The notes beneath the pieces are model-generated. The model saw nothing but the letters and a program-made list of their open reading frames with translations. It was not told the origin of the DNA and made no database searches. A DNA stretch of 63,990 nucleotides, filler included, from a bacterium (GTDB lineage: Bacteria; JBBIVP01): assembly GCA_037439705.1 (NCBI GenBank). It is 3 parts of 3 records of this genome, joined end to end, with 100 filler letters (N's around TTAATTAATTAA, not from the genome) between each part and the next. Parts side by side here need not be neighbours in the genome. Positions count along the whole stretch, not along the records: positions 26,347 to 50,925 come from JBBIVP010000008.1; positions 51,026 to 63,990 come from JBBIVP010000040.1; 1 more part is not named here. One strand, 5' to 3'. Both the position numbers and the translations under genes were made by a program. Positions 42,101 to 51,847 of the stretch are shown here, one piece after another (position 1 is the first letter of the stretch; every line of letters starts with the position of its first letter).

Positions 42101-43201
42101 CATTTCTTTGCTGCTGTATTCAGAAAGTACGGATACGATGCAGAAACACTTCCGCCGGAGAGAAGAACGGGTTTTGAAATGGGAAGAAAAATCACAAGGG
42201 GAAGCGAATGCCTTCCCATGGCAGTCACATTCGGAAATCTGCTGGAATATATAAATGAAAAGGGATATGACCAGCGCAAACTTGCACTTTTTATGCCAAC
42301 CTCAGATGGTCCGTGCAGGTTCGGTCAGTATGCAACAATGCAGAAGGCACTCCTTGAAAGGATTGGATTCAATGGTATCAGCATAATTACTCCTTCTGCT
42401 GCAAACGCATATCTCGGACTTCCTGACTCTATGAGAAAAGACCTCTGGAAAGCAATTATAGCGGGGGACATAGTTTTCAAGATGAGGTGCAAATTTAAAC
42501 CAAGGGACAAAAGCGGAATGGTTGAATCTATGATTGAAGATTGTATAAAGAAGGGAATTGAGGTATTTGAGAAGGGCGCGGACCTCTACGGGTTTCTTGA
42601 ATATGTGCGAACGAAGTTCAGAGGGATAAATCTGGATATGAACAAAAAAGTTCCTCTTGTGGGAGTGGTGGGAGAGATATTTGTAAGATGTAATCCCTTC
42701 AGCAACGATTACCTTCTTGAATCAATTGAAAAATTCGGAGGTGAGATGTGGCTTGCTACAATCTCTGAGTGGATATTTTTTACCTCTTTCAATCACATCT
42801 GGAAATCAAAAGAAAACCGGAATTACCTTGAGGTTTTGAAAAACAGGTTGAAGAACAGATTTTTAAAAGGAATTGAAGAAAAAGCCTACGAAATAGTTGA
42901 GGAATTTTTGTGGGACAGGAAGGAACCAGAAATTCATGAAATGGTAGAGTCAGCCATAAGATTTCTTCCCAAAGAACATACTACAGAGGCATTCATTACC
43001 ATAGGAAGGGCGATAAAATTTATAGAAAGGGATGGATGCAGTCTCATAATTAATGTATCACCCTTCACATGCATGCCCGGAAACATCGCTTCATCAATAT
43101 TTTTTGAAATAGAAAGAAAATTCGGTGTCCCGGTTCTTTCAATATTCTACGACGGCGAAGAGGGTTTGAATCAAAAAATAGAAGTGTATTTAAAAAAATA
43201 A
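39131..43201 (+). CDS. Multidomain CoA-substrate-specific activase/reductase (2 BadF/BcrA-type activator domains + DUF2229 + HGD-D-like); PlsA/Ger-like
   Basis: GIDIGSISVK/GIDIGSTSTK, two CAAGTG, EIGGQDSK, FCLPVK, FSCGPDS, IDEHS, GPCRFGQY, PFTCMPG. Confidence 0.85.
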   Translation: MRAGIDIGSISVKYVILNDLHLVERGEIPHRGEIAEAISNLEKSLLKFKIRTLGITGRLQGKAFEKLKLIHPVKVLIEGSKFIMPDVKNIIDAGGCSATLIILNEKGEISSFKTNSQCAAGTGAFLEHQAVRLDISPEEMGKRAFNSFPPSIATRCAVFAKTDIIHRQQEGYSVEELWHGLCKGVAETLISTLLKGVELQGKTLLTGGLSRNPLFVRWLKEFIQNLFISELSPFIPAIGASFFGTEGNLNFLSEELKEEREEREKRRTDLLIKTSSINEHDGKVSFTDENGTEVVILKEGYEGGIYLGIDIGSTSTKLCAISEDSDVVFHLYRKTKGDPISATKFLFEAKRKVDNYLRKTELLGIGTTGSGRKLIGTLLKADLILNEITAHTEGAKFQCDGVETIFEIGGQDSKYMHLKNGVPDHINMNYVCAAGTGSFIEELAELLGFRIQDVGEMVIGVEPPYTSERCTVFMEQDALELLKRGFSKKEVMAGVIYSVALNYLSRVVGKRPITGDFIFFQGATARNKGLVAAFETILSKKILTTDFCHINGALGVALECMRRSRIRKKIDVHSFLTAKIEKRTEECSICSNHCKITHIKSGNEEASWGYMCGREPGETKKRELKFYRAFEERSKLLSGFIKQSVNFREEIGVPLSLSTQILMPFYVKFLNELGYRVVFSGDTTDDVIKKGDIISTSDFCLPVKAGIGHVIKLVERGVKKIFIPYTIRNFPRKRFSNTHFCPYCQGFAGIFNSIKREKGLNVEVLSPVLDLSVPERINLNKFFEVFSKEGVSCGEVKKAYSNAVEHYREYLKECEELGKRLIEEMKDEKTPTVCVIGRNYTIYDKRLSLRIPFLLATYGVNVIPSELMKFSEDEIPEGFENMFWWNGQNMINATVQALKNGFYPMVISNFSCGPDSFIIGYIEMLCEKNPHLILEIDEHSSETGFLTRIEAFVDLISRRKPSQETKFYIKKESEIDGKKILIPNMHPVGNHFFAAVFRKYGYDAETLPPERRTGFEMGRKITRGSECLPMAVTFGNLLEYINEKGYDQRKLALFMPTSDGPCRFGQYATMQKALLERIGFNGISIITPSAANAYLGLPDSMRKDLWKAIIAGDIVFKMRCKFKPRDKSGMVESMIEDCIKKGIEVFEKGADLYGFLEYVRTKFRGINLDMNKKVPLVGVVGEIFVRCNPFSNDYLLESIEKFGGEMWLATISEWIFFTSFNHIWKSKENRNYLEVLKNRLKNRFLKGIEEKAYEIVEEFLWDRKEPEIHEMVESAIRFLPKEHTTEAFITIGRAIKFIERDGCSLIINVSPFTCMPGNIASSIFFEIERKFGVPVLSIFYDGEEGLNQKIEVYLKK

Positions 43202-43204
43202 AAG

Positions 43205-43942
43205 TTATTTTTTTATCACAAATTCTGCCCTTCTGTTTTTAGCCCATGCCTCCTCATTGTGCCCGGGGTCAAGAGGAATTTCCTCGCCAAAGCTCACTGT
43301 TTCAATCCTTGAAGGGTCAATTCCAAGTTCCACGAGAAATGCCTTGGCGCTCTCAGCCCTTTTCTGACCGAGGGCGAGGTTATATTCTGATGTCCCCCTT
43401 TCATCGCAGTGTCCTTCGATCACGAGTTTCACAGATGGATGCTCTTTTAACCACTGTGCATGTTTCCTCAAAATCTCCTTTGCGTCATCCCTTAATGAAT
43501 AGTCATCAAAATCAAAGTGAATCCTCTCAAGAAGAATAACTTCTTCCTTCTCCTCCTCTCCTCCAAGGGCTACTTCACCTGTTGCTTTTATCTCTTCCGG
43601 AGGGGTTTCCTGAATCACAGGTGCTGGTGCAGACTCAGGAGATGGCTTTTCCATTTTAGCCCTCTTTTCCTTTTCTGATTTTGCCTTTTCAATTGCCATC
43701 TTTGAAAAGTTCTGTGAAGATAAAGCAGATGCCTTTGCTGCTATATACTCCTTTTTCGCCATCTCATCCATCGCCTTTTCAAGAAACTCTGATGCGCTCT
43801 TGAATTCATCAGGTGCGTATATATCAGCCTCGGCCTTCTTTGCCTCTTCAAGCAGGGCTTTTGCCTCATCAATTTCTCTATAGGGTTTATAAACACATCC
43901 AGCAATTATAAAAACAAACAGAGTCATTATAAGTTTTTTCAT
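43205..43942 (-). CDS. Pal-like OmpA-domain lipoprotein with N-terminal helical (DUF4398-like) domain
   Basis: Lipobox IIAGC; IHFDFD, EGHCDERGTSEYNLALGQKRA, VSFGEE, NRRAEF. Confidence 0.85.
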   Translation of the reverse strand: MKKLIMTLFVFIIAGCVYKPYREIDEAKALLEEAKKAEADIYAPDEFKSASEFLEKAMDEMAKKEYIAAKASALSSQNFSKMAIEKAKSEKEKRAKMEKPSPESAPAPVIQETPPEEIKATGEVALGGEEEKEEVILLERIHFDFDDYSLRDDAKEILRKHAQWLKEHPSVKLVIEGHCDERGTSEYNLALGQKRAESAKAFLVELGIDPSRIETVSFGEEIPLDPGHNEEAWAKNRRAEFVIKK

Positions 43943-44130
43943 TTTTTCACCTCCTCATATGGCTTTCCCATGGGTCCCCAGTCAGCCTTTGATATTTCCC
44001 TTATTATTACATAAACCTCTTCAACCGGAATCTTCAAAACCTCAGCTACAGTTCTTGAAATACCCTTTATAAGTTCTGCCTTCTGTTCGTCCGTTCTTCC
44101 CTTAAACATTGTCACTTCAACGATCGGCAT
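43939..44130 (-). CDS. 4-oxalocrotonate tautomerase family
   Basis: N-terminal Pro (MPIVEV), GRTDEQK, 63 aa. Confidence 0.9.
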   Translation of the reverse strand: MPIVEVTMFKGRTDEQKAELIKGISRTVAEVLKIPVEEVYVIIREISKADWGPMGKPYEEVKK

Positions 44131-44202
44131 TTTAACCTACTTTTTTATAATTTTATAAATTCTGTTCCCATTTGTCAAATTATGATTGAGGTAAGGAAAA
44201 CT

Positions 44203-45264
44203 CTATCCAAGCCTTTTTCTGAAAAGCCCTATTGAAAGAAGAATAATAAGAGTGCCTGTTGTAAAAAGGGCGATTGCATCTGGTATGAGGTATTTGAATT
44301 CAAGACCTTTTAAAAATATACTCCTTGTTGCCCGGAGAAAGTAATAGAGGGGATTAATTTTTGCAATAATCTGAAAAAAAACTGGCATGTTTTCAACAGG
44401 AAATACAAATCCGGAAAGAATTATAACTGGGAGCATTATAATGAATATAGTCATCATAGCCTGCTGTTCAGTTCTTGATATGATGGAGAAGAAGATTCCT
44501 CCTCCAAGGGTATTCAATATGTAAAGGAGGGAGAAAAAGAAAAATGTGAGAAGTGAACCGCGAAATGGAACATCAAGAACAAATACAGCAACAAGAAATA
44601 TGACGAGCGTATCAATGAATCCGATTATAACATAAGGAAGTAGTTTTCCGATAATAAAAGCACTTTCTGAAAGCGGGGTTGTGACTATTGATTCAATTGT
44701 TCCCCTTTCCTTTTCCCTTACAATGGATAGTGCGGTAAGAACCATTGTCATCACCAGGAGTATGGCACCGAAAATGCCTGTTACAAAAAAGTTTTTGCTC
44801 TTGAGTTCTTCGTTATAAAGGGTGTGTATTGATAGCCTTGGAGTAAAAGAAATGGTTGAGGGAGAAAGAAATTCCTCAAAGATAACTCGGGTTATATATG
44901 ATGCAGTTATTATTGCATTGTTTGAGTTTGTTCCATCAATAATTATCTCAGGCGGATTTTTGAAAACCACAATTGCTTCCACCACTCCTTTTCTCATAAG
45001 TTCAATTCCCTCATCATAGGATAAAACCTCGCCCTTGAACTGGAAGTATGGAGAAGAATTCATTATTCCGCCAAATTTGAGGCTCTTTTCCCTGTCTCCT
45101 CCTTTGAGCACCACCACAGGAATTTTCTTGACATCAAGGGTTGCAGCAAGTCCAAGAAGGATTATCTGAAACACGGGTGCAAAGAAAAGTATCGGAAATA
45201 CCCTTCTATTCCTGCGAAGGTGAATAAACTCCTTCAGAAACACATTTATAACGCTCTTTATCAT
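44203..45264 (-). CDS. ABC-2 type exporter permease (YbhR-like)
   Basis: KEFIHLRR, IVREKERGTIE, LSGFVFPVENMP. Confidence 0.9.
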   Translation of the reverse strand: MIKSVINVFLKEFIHLRRNRRVFPILFFAPVFQIILLGLAATLDVKKIPVVVLKGGDREKSLKFGGIMNSSPYFQFKGEVLSYDEGIELMRKGVVEAIVVFKNPPEIIIDGTNSNNAIITASYITRVIFEEFLSPSTISFTPRLSIHTLYNEELKSKNFFVTGIFGAILLVMTMVLTALSIVREKERGTIESIVTTPLSESAFIIGKLLPYVIIGFIDTLVIFLVAVFVLDVPFRGSLLTFFFFSLLYILNTLGGGIFFSIISRTEQQAMMTIFIIMLPVIILSGFVFPVENMPVFFQIIAKINPLYYFLRATRSIFLKGLEFKYLIPDAIALFTTGTLIILLSIGLFRKRLG

Positions 45265-46328
45265 AATTCCCTTCCCAGCCTTATTATGCTTGCGGTAAAA
45301 AAGAATAAAAAGAAAATGATGAGAACAAAAACCTCCTTCCACAAAAATATGAGTGACGTGCCTTTGAGTATTATGAACCTTATAAGTTTTATGTAATACT
45401 TTGTCGGTATCAACCTGCTGTAAAGTTCTTTCGCACCGGGCATGCTTGTGGTAGGGAAAATGAAGTCTGAAAGAATGAGAGACGGAAGAACAGTAATTAT
45501 GAAGGTGATAAGCCAGGCAACCATTGTGCTTGCTGTAAGAGTGGAAACAAAAATTCCTATGGAGATGCCGGTTGTGATAAAAAGAAAGGTTGAGAATGTT
45601 AAAGAGATGAAACTGCCTTCACACCTTACATCAAACAGTAGATAGGCGAACAGAAGTCCTATCAGGAAATCACACAGCCCTATTAGAATGTATGGAAGAA
45701 TCTTGCCAGCTATTATTTCTCCGGGGGTGATAGGTGAAACCCTGAGGGATTCCATTGTCCCTTTTTCCTTCTCCCTTACCACCGCCTGTGCGGTCATTGC
45801 AACCGCAAGAACGAAGAGAAATATACCTATGAGACCTGGAACGAAAAATTTACGAGAACTCAATTCCGGATTGTAAAGGAATTTGAGGCGAGGTCTTCTA
45901 TTTTCCCTTTCAAATTCGTAAAACATCTGAAACAGATATCCCTGCACAATTGTTGCAGAATTACTGTCAGAGCCATCAACGAGAAGGTCAAGGGGAACAG
46001 ATAGATTTCTCGCAATGGAAGCGTATGTATCTTCTTTTATATTTATGAGAATTGTAATTTTTCCTCTCCTTATGAGTTCCTCTCCTTCTTTCAGATTGAG
46101 TACGGGAATTAACTCAAAGTAGGTAGAACCCTCTATTTTCCTTTTTATATTTTCGCCCACTATTCTATCCTCCTCTATCAAACCGATTTTGATGCGTTTT
46201 ATGTCAAGAGTAATAGCATATCCAAGAAAGGATACTGTGAATGCAGGAAACACGAGCGTAAGGATGAACGCCCTTTTATCCCTCAAAATGTGGATGAACT
46301 CCTTCCATGCTACTGCAAGAAATCTCAT
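45261..46328 (-). CDS. ABC-2 type exporter permease (YbhS-like)
   Basis: KEFIHILRD, YNPEL..FFVPG, VREKEKGTME. Confidence 0.9.
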   Translation of the reverse strand: MRFLAVAWKEFIHILRDKRAFILTLVFPAFTVSFLGYAITLDIKRIKIGLIEEDRIVGENIKRKIEGSTYFELIPVLNLKEGEELIRRGKITILINIKEDTYASIARNLSVPLDLLVDGSDSNSATIVQGYLFQMFYEFERENRRPRLKFLYNPELSSRKFFVPGLIGIFLFVLAVAMTAQAVVREKEKGTMESLRVSPITPGEIIAGKILPYILIGLCDFLIGLLFAYLLFDVRCEGSFISLTFSTFLFITTGISIGIFVSTLTASTMVAWLITFIITVLPSLILSDFIFPTTSMPGAKELYSRLIPTKYYIKLIRFIILKGTSLIFLWKEVFVLIIFFLFFFTASIIRLGREL

Positions 46329-47218
46329 TTTATTTCCGAAAGAAATGCAAACACATCCTCTATACTGGGTATTACTTCAAAAATTTCCTTTCCTACAGTC
46401 CTTTCAACAGCGCTTTTTATTCTTTCGTCTTCTACAATTATGTGTATCTCCTCTCCGTATTGATTTACATCTCTCACGCCATCCATTTCCATAAGAATTT
46501 TCTTGAGTGATGGAGAAAGTTTTTTCTTTATAGCATAAACCTTTGCAGAAATTCCCCTTGTTTTAATCTCCTCAGGTGTTCCAAGTGCAACAAGTTTTCC
46601 CTTCCACAGAAATCCTATTCTGTCACACCTCTCCGCTTCTTCCATGTAATGGGTGGTTATAAACAGGGTCTTTCCACTTGCCCTCTCTTCATACAATATG
46701 TCCCAGAAAAGCCTTCTTGAAACAGGGTCAACCCCTTGAGTTGGCTCATCAAGAAAAAGAAGAGGAGGTTCATGAACGAGGGCGTTGGCAAGAGCAAGTC
46801 TCTGCCTCCAACCTCCTGAAAGGTTCTCTGCCTTCGTGTTTCTGTACTCTTTGAGATTCAGTCTTTCTATTATCTTTTCTGCCATAGTCTCTGCATCTTT
46901 CCAGTTATTTATGTAAAGCCTTGAATAGAACATCAGGTTTTCCATAACAGTAAGGTCATCATAAAGCCCGAATTTCTGTGACATATATCCAATTCTTTTT
47001 TTAACTTCCTCAGGGTTTTTAACAACATGAATTCCAGCCACCTCTGCCCTGCCAGCGGTAGGCTTGAGTATTCCGCAAAGCATCCTTATAGTTGTTGACT
47101 TCCCTGCCCCATTTGGTCCCAAAAGACCGAAAATTTCGCCTTCTTTTACTTCAAGTGTAAGAGCATCTACAGCAACTATGCGCCCAAATTCCTTTCTCAG
47201 ATTTTCAGTTTTTATCAT
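46325..47218 (-). CDS. ABC exporter ATP-binding subunit
   Basis: GPNGAGKS, LSGGWRQRL, LDEPT, TTHYMEEAE. Confidence 0.95.
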   Translation of the reverse strand: MIKTENLRKEFGRIVAVDALTLEVKEGEIFGLLGPNGAGKSTTIRMLCGILKPTAGRAEVAGIHVVKNPEEVKKRIGYMSQKFGLYDDLTVMENLMFYSRLYINNWKDAETMAEKIIERLNLKEYRNTKAENLSGGWRQRLALANALVHEPPLLFLDEPTQGVDPVSRRLFWDILYEERASGKTLFITTHYMEEAERCDRIGFLWKGKLVALGTPEEIKTRGISAKVYAIKKKLSPSLKKILMEMDGVRDVNQYGEEIHIIVEDERIKSAVERTVGKEIFEVIPSIEDVFAFLSEIK

Positions 47219-48048
47219 TTCGGGAGACTAACCTTCACAAATTCTCCAGTGTTAAATCCTGACTCATCAGGAATTTTTACCCTGAACTCGTAGTGAAGGA
47301 TATCCCTTTCACTGTCCGAGACAAAATACCTCGGCGTAAATTCAGGTTCCGAAGAAATAAAGTAAATTTTTCCTTTCAAAAAATGCTTTCCCTTTTTGAC
47401 ATCCACTTCTCTGTCAACCTTCACAACATCAAGTGCACTTTCTGATGCATAGCACCTAAGATATTTTTCACCCTTCAATTCCACCTTTACGAGAATTAAA
47501 CTTGGAATTGCAACTTCTCCTTCATCAACAGTAATTTCAACAACCCTCCCATCTTTAGGACTTGTAATTTTCCCATCCTTTATCTTTTTTTCAAGGAGTT
47601 CCTTTCTTGTGATTCCTGCGGAAATTTTTTTATTCAGACTTCTGATTTCCTCCTCCGTAGTTTTTTCCTTAAGTTCAAGTTCCTCAACATTCATCCTTGA
47701 TGCGCCACCCGCCTTCTCAAGTTCTCTTGACCTGTCAAGATTTTTCCTTATGTAGGAAAGGAGAGCCTTTAATTTTTCAATCTGATGAAGAGACGATTCT
47801 ATTTCGTCTCCAATAGACCTCAACTCTATTTCCATATCTTCCGTATCAAGCTCAATTATAACCTCTCCGTTTTTTACATTACTCCCCTCTTCAACAGCAA
47901 TCCTTTTAACCTTTGCAGGATAAGAAGCTGATAACTCTACATATTTTCCCTCAACCCTGCATGTGAAAGAAAGTTCATCTCTTTTATTACATCTGATTAT
48001 ACATACAACTAAAGCGAGAATTAAAAAGAAAAATACCCTTCTTTGCAT
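47215..48048 (-). CDS. HlyD-family membrane fusion protein
   Basis: VEEGSNVKNG lipoyl-like halves, coiled coil, EFTP motif. Confidence 0.85.
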   Translation of the reverse strand: MQRRVFFFLILALVVCIIRCNKRDELSFTCRVEGKYVELSASYPAKVKRIAVEEGSNVKNGEVIIELDTEDMEIELRSIGDEIESSLHQIEKLKALLSYIRKNLDRSRELEKAGGASRMNVEELELKEKTTEEEIRSLNKKISAGITRKELLEKKIKDGKITSPKDGRVVEITVDEGEVAIPSLILVKVELKGEKYLRCYASESALDVVKVDREVDVKKGKHFLKGKIYFISSEPEFTPRYFVSDSERDILHYEFRVKIPDESGFNTGEFVKVSLPK

Positions 48049-48132
48049 AATGTCATTTTATGGCATCTCACAAATGGGTTCAATCAAATTTGTGGCATTC
48101 TTCAATTAAAATTTTTTGCACCGTTCAAAAAA

Positions 48133-48867
48133 TTATTTCTTTATGTGTTTTTTTATCTTTTCAATAAGTTCAAGGGCTTTTATTCTGTCCCAGGTGAACC
48201 AGTCTGCATAATAGGTGGGATTTGTAATTGAAAGAACCATTTCTGCGGTTTTGAGTGCCTCTTCAAATCTTTTCTGTTTGTAAAGGTTTAAGGCGAGGTC
48301 GTAATAGGAAAGGGTATAATTTGGGTCAACCTCAATAGCCTTTCTCAGAATCTCTTCTGACCTTTTTAAATCTCCTCCAAGAAAAGAGGGAAGTTCGCAG
48401 TAAAAAGCTCCGAGCCCATCAAGGATCATAGCATCATCGGGCTTGAGTTCGTTAGCCCTTTTTATGTGTCTTTTCAGGTCGGAAAGGGTTTTGAGGCTGA
48501 ATAAAGTTCCCTTGAGTTGCTGAAGCCTTGCAAGGTTTGCAAAATACCAGAAATGTCCCATCGCATATTTTTCGTCTACATTTATTGCCTTCTCAGCCCA
48601 CTTCATTCCTTCTTCATAAACTTTTTCCCTCTCTTTTTCATTCTTTGGAACAAGGTCCCCGTAGGTGAGAAGCGCTCTTGAAATCATTATCATCGGATAT
48701 GGGTCAGAAGGATTTTTCTCAAGGGCTTTTTTGTAGAGTTCTATGCTTTTCTCAAGTTTTGGAAGGTCCTCGTGATAAGAAAAGAATACATCGTCTGCAT
48801 TTTTGATTATACTGGCGTATTCGCTTTCTAAACCAATGAGAAGGATTACAAATAATACTTCTTTCAC
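48133..48867 (-). CDS. Exported TPR protein
   Basis: Signal-like N-terminus, KALEKNP / KAIEVDPNY repeats, LPSFLGGD. Confidence 0.7.
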   Translation of the reverse strand: MKEVLFVILLIGLESEYASIIKNADDVFFSYHEDLPKLEKSIELYKKALEKNPSDPYPMIMISRALLTYGDLVPKNEKEREKVYEEGMKWAEKAINVDEKYAMGHFWYFANLARLQQLKGTLFSLKTLSDLKRHIKRANELKPDDAMILDGLGAFYCELPSFLGGDLKRSEEILRKAIEVDPNYTLSYYDLALNLYKQKRFEEALKTAEMVLSITNPTYYADWFTWDRIKALELIEKIKKHIKK

Positions 48868-50147
48868 AATCTAAACCCTATAGCGATATCACCCTTTAAT
48901 CCCTCAGCTGAATAACTTCCGTTTGCAGGAGGGGAAATTTGAGAATTTTTTACATTCCTCCCAAATGGGATGTAGAAATTGAGATTTCCGCTCACGAACA
49001 GATTTTTTGAGATTTCAAAAAGAGCACCAGTGAGCAGTTCAAGTTTGTCAAATTAAAGGTTCATAACGGAAAGATGTGTATCCGAAATTACGCTCTGGTC
49101 GTATGCTCCTCCAACAAGAAATGTCCATCTTCTCAAAGGTTTATACCTTGCATCAATTTTTATAGAAATGGCATCTTTAAAGTTAACAGTATAATCCCTG
49201 TTTTCTATCAAACCGATATCCACCTCTCTTCCTGTTTCTCTATCCATTCCGTTTTTTATTCTTATTTTCATTTTTTCGTAATAACTCCAGTCAAACCACT
49301 GAAAGGCGAGATTAAACTCAAGTCTTTTCATAGGTCTTACCTTTGCCCCAAAACTCAAAAACATTGGATAGTCTATCTCTACATCCGCCTCTCCAGTTAT
49401 GTCGTGGGATTTGAATGAGAAATCAAAAAGTTCTTTGGTATACTCTGTTGCATAAAACCTGTACTTCCCGCTGTGAACCACATCCATGGGACTGGTATAT
49501 GAAATTCCTATATCAAGGAACTCAAGAGGTCTTATAAATAGTCCCAGAGAGTAGCCCAGCGCAATTCCGTTCATATCCTTAAATTCATACTTTCCTTCAT
49601 TTGATGGCACTTCATCGGGTCCCATAAGAAGGGTGCTTCCTGTTGCATAAAACCTTCCAAATCCTATATTTAGAGAAGAACCGATGGATAAAAAATCTGT
49701 TATTCTCACAGAGATAGAGGGTGAGAGGTTCATAAGGTAATTTTCTCCATCAACTCCATGAAATTTCTGCGGTCCTTCTTCTGGATAATGGGCGGACGCT
49801 CCAAATGGAATATAAAAGGCAATCCCTCCTGATAAAGATTTTATAAATCCATTTATTTCTCGTGTATAACTGATGCCCACGAAAGGGAGATAGTCGGTTC
49901 CTGTGTATCTCACGGTTTCGTAGGAATCTCCACTCCTTTTGTATCTCGTCCTGAAATAAAAGACTGAAAGGTCAAGGAATCCGTTGATTCCACGAGAAAA
50001 GGAGATAGCTGATGGATTCCAGTAGATGGAAGCAAGGTTTATGTCGGCGGGTGAAGAAAAATTGCCACCAGTATCAGGAATGGTATAGCCATTAGCCATT
50101 ACCTCAGCAGGAATAATAAGGAGCAATAGAAAGACAATTTTCTTCAC
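48864..50147 (-). CDS. FadL/OmpP1-family outer-membrane transporter; in-frame TAA at 49053-49055 probably an error
   Basis: Signal peptide, ASIYWNPSAI, GGAYDQS; frame continues past the TAA (FDKLELLTG...PPANGSYS...) to a TGA at 48864 overlapping the next start. Confidence 0.8.
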
Positions 50148-50659
50148 CTTATCTCCTCCACCACATTTTTCAATGGAATTCTGGAAGGAGTTTCAGGATA
50201 TTCTGCTGGATAACCAACTGGAATGATGGCAACCGGTCTTAAATGGGCTGGAAGGGAAAGGGCATCAGCAACCTTCCTTTCGTCAAATGCTCCCACCCAG
50301 CATGTCCCAAGTCCCTTTGAAACTGCATAAAGCATCATGTTTTGAATTGCTGCAGCAGTGGATTGAAGGCAGTAAAGGTTCCTTCCTCTCTCTCCGTATG
50401 GAGATGTTCTTTTTAAGTCTGCACAAACAACAATGCAGACAGGAGCTTCAGCAATGAATTCCTGTCTCAATGCATAAAGTGCAATCTTCTCTTTCAGGTT
50501 TTCATTTTTTATCAGGTAAAATTTCCATGGCTGAAGGTTTCCTTCGGATGGAGCAAGGATAGCGCATTCAAGCATTTCCTTTATGATTCCATCGTCAATC
50601 TCTTTTTTCAGAAACATCCTTATGCTTCTCCTCTTTTTTATTGCTGAAACCACATCCAT
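50144..50659 (-). CDS. Nitroreductase family protein
   Basis: RRSIRMF, APSEGNLQPW, GLGTCWVGAF, PVGYP. Confidence 0.9.
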   Translation of the reverse strand: MDVVSAIKKRRSIRMFLKKEIDDGIIKEMLECAILAPSEGNLQPWKFYLIKNENLKEKIALYALRQEFIAEAPVCIVVCADLKRTSPYGERGRNLYCLQSTAAAIQNMMLYAVSKGLGTCWVGAFDERKVADALSLPAHLRPVAIIPVGYPAEYPETPSRIPLKNVVEEIR

Positions 50660-50925
50660 TGATTTTATTATTTCACAGCAATTTTATATTTTCAATTATT
50701 AAGGGCTATCTCAAAGAGTCCAACGGTTGACTTTTGCTGGGTTATTTTATATTATTTTGGCAGTTAGTGCTATGAACGAAAAAGAAATAACGACAGTTAA
50801 GGAGATTTCAAAATTACGCCTGGACATAGAGATAAAATATGGACAAGAAAACTTTAATACAAAAACAAATTAAACAAGCTACAATGTTTGGAACTTACGA
50901 GTTTCCATCTTATGAAGAGATAATG

Positions 50926-51025
50926 NNNNNNNNNNNNNNNNNNNNNNNNNNNNNNNNNNNNNNNNNNNNTTAATTAATTAANNNNNNNNNNNNNNNNNNN
51001 NNNNNNNNNNNNNNNNNNNNNNNNN
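50926..51025. other. Artificial contig linker
   Basis: N44-TTAATTAATTAA-N44. Confidence 0.98.
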
Positions 51026-51212
51026 CTCAACCACTTTCAAAACCTCATCAACTTCTAGCTTCCAAATCCCCCTGGGCGCTTTACCTGAACATTGCAAAAT
51101 TCAAAATGCAAAGGGAAAAATGCACTGGTCAGAAATAATAATCAAAACCAAAACTCAACCCTGTTTATCATTTCTATTTGAAGATAAAATTTGGCATAAT
51201 AAAATTATAAAC

Positions 51213-51662
51213 ATGGGAGTGGATGAAAAAACCCTCAGGGAAATAGTGGAGGAGGCAGTTCCTTTTTTCAAGCACATAGGTCTTCGGTTAAAAAATGTGG
51301 ATAAAGATAGTGTAACCCTTTCTCTACCTCCAGCTGAGTTCTTAAAAAATCACATAGGAACATACTACGCTGCCTGTATTTTCACAGTAGCAGAAGCATG
51401 TGGAGGAGCGATATTCGCCCTTAAAGCAGACCCACTCAAATACATAATTATTTTAAAAGGCTTCAGCATAAATTTCTTAAAACCGGTAACAGAAGAAATA
51501 ACCTGCACCCTTAAAGTAACTGATGAAGAGATGAAAAGGGTTTTAAATATGGTTGACGAAAAAGGAAAATATGACTGGACTATTCCGCTTGAGATAAAAA
51601 ATCAGGAAGGAAAAACAGTAGCCTCAGCCACTGGAATTTATCATATCAGAAAAATTGGCTGA
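51213..51662 (+). CDS. Hot-dog fold thioesterase-like protein (PaaI/DUF4442)
   Basis: VPFFKHIG, NHIGT..A..FTVAE..GG, INFLKP. Confidence 0.75.
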   Translation: MGVDEKTLREIVEEAVPFFKHIGLRLKNVDKDSVTLSLPPAEFLKNHIGTYYAACIFTVAEACGGAIFALKADPLKYIIILKGFSINFLKPVTEEITCTLKVTDEEMKRVLNMVDEKGKYDWTIPLEIKNQEGKTVASATGIYHIRKIG

Positions 51663-51847
51663 AAATGCGAGTGGGGGGCAGGTCTTGAATTTTGACTTTT
51701 TGAAAACCTTCAAATCTTTCTATCCTCAAAACTTTTATCACCAAAATAGAACCTTCTCATCCAACCGTCACCCTTTTAACTCCAATCTTCAACCTCTTTC
51801 CATCCTCGTCACGATGTGTATGCGTTTCTACAAAAAGTATCCGGATT

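Noticed and set aside
50772-51100. Short ORF fragments on either side of the second linker (e.g. MDKKTLIQKQIKQATMFGTYEFPSYEEIM)
   Set aside because: Truncated by the gap and too short to assign
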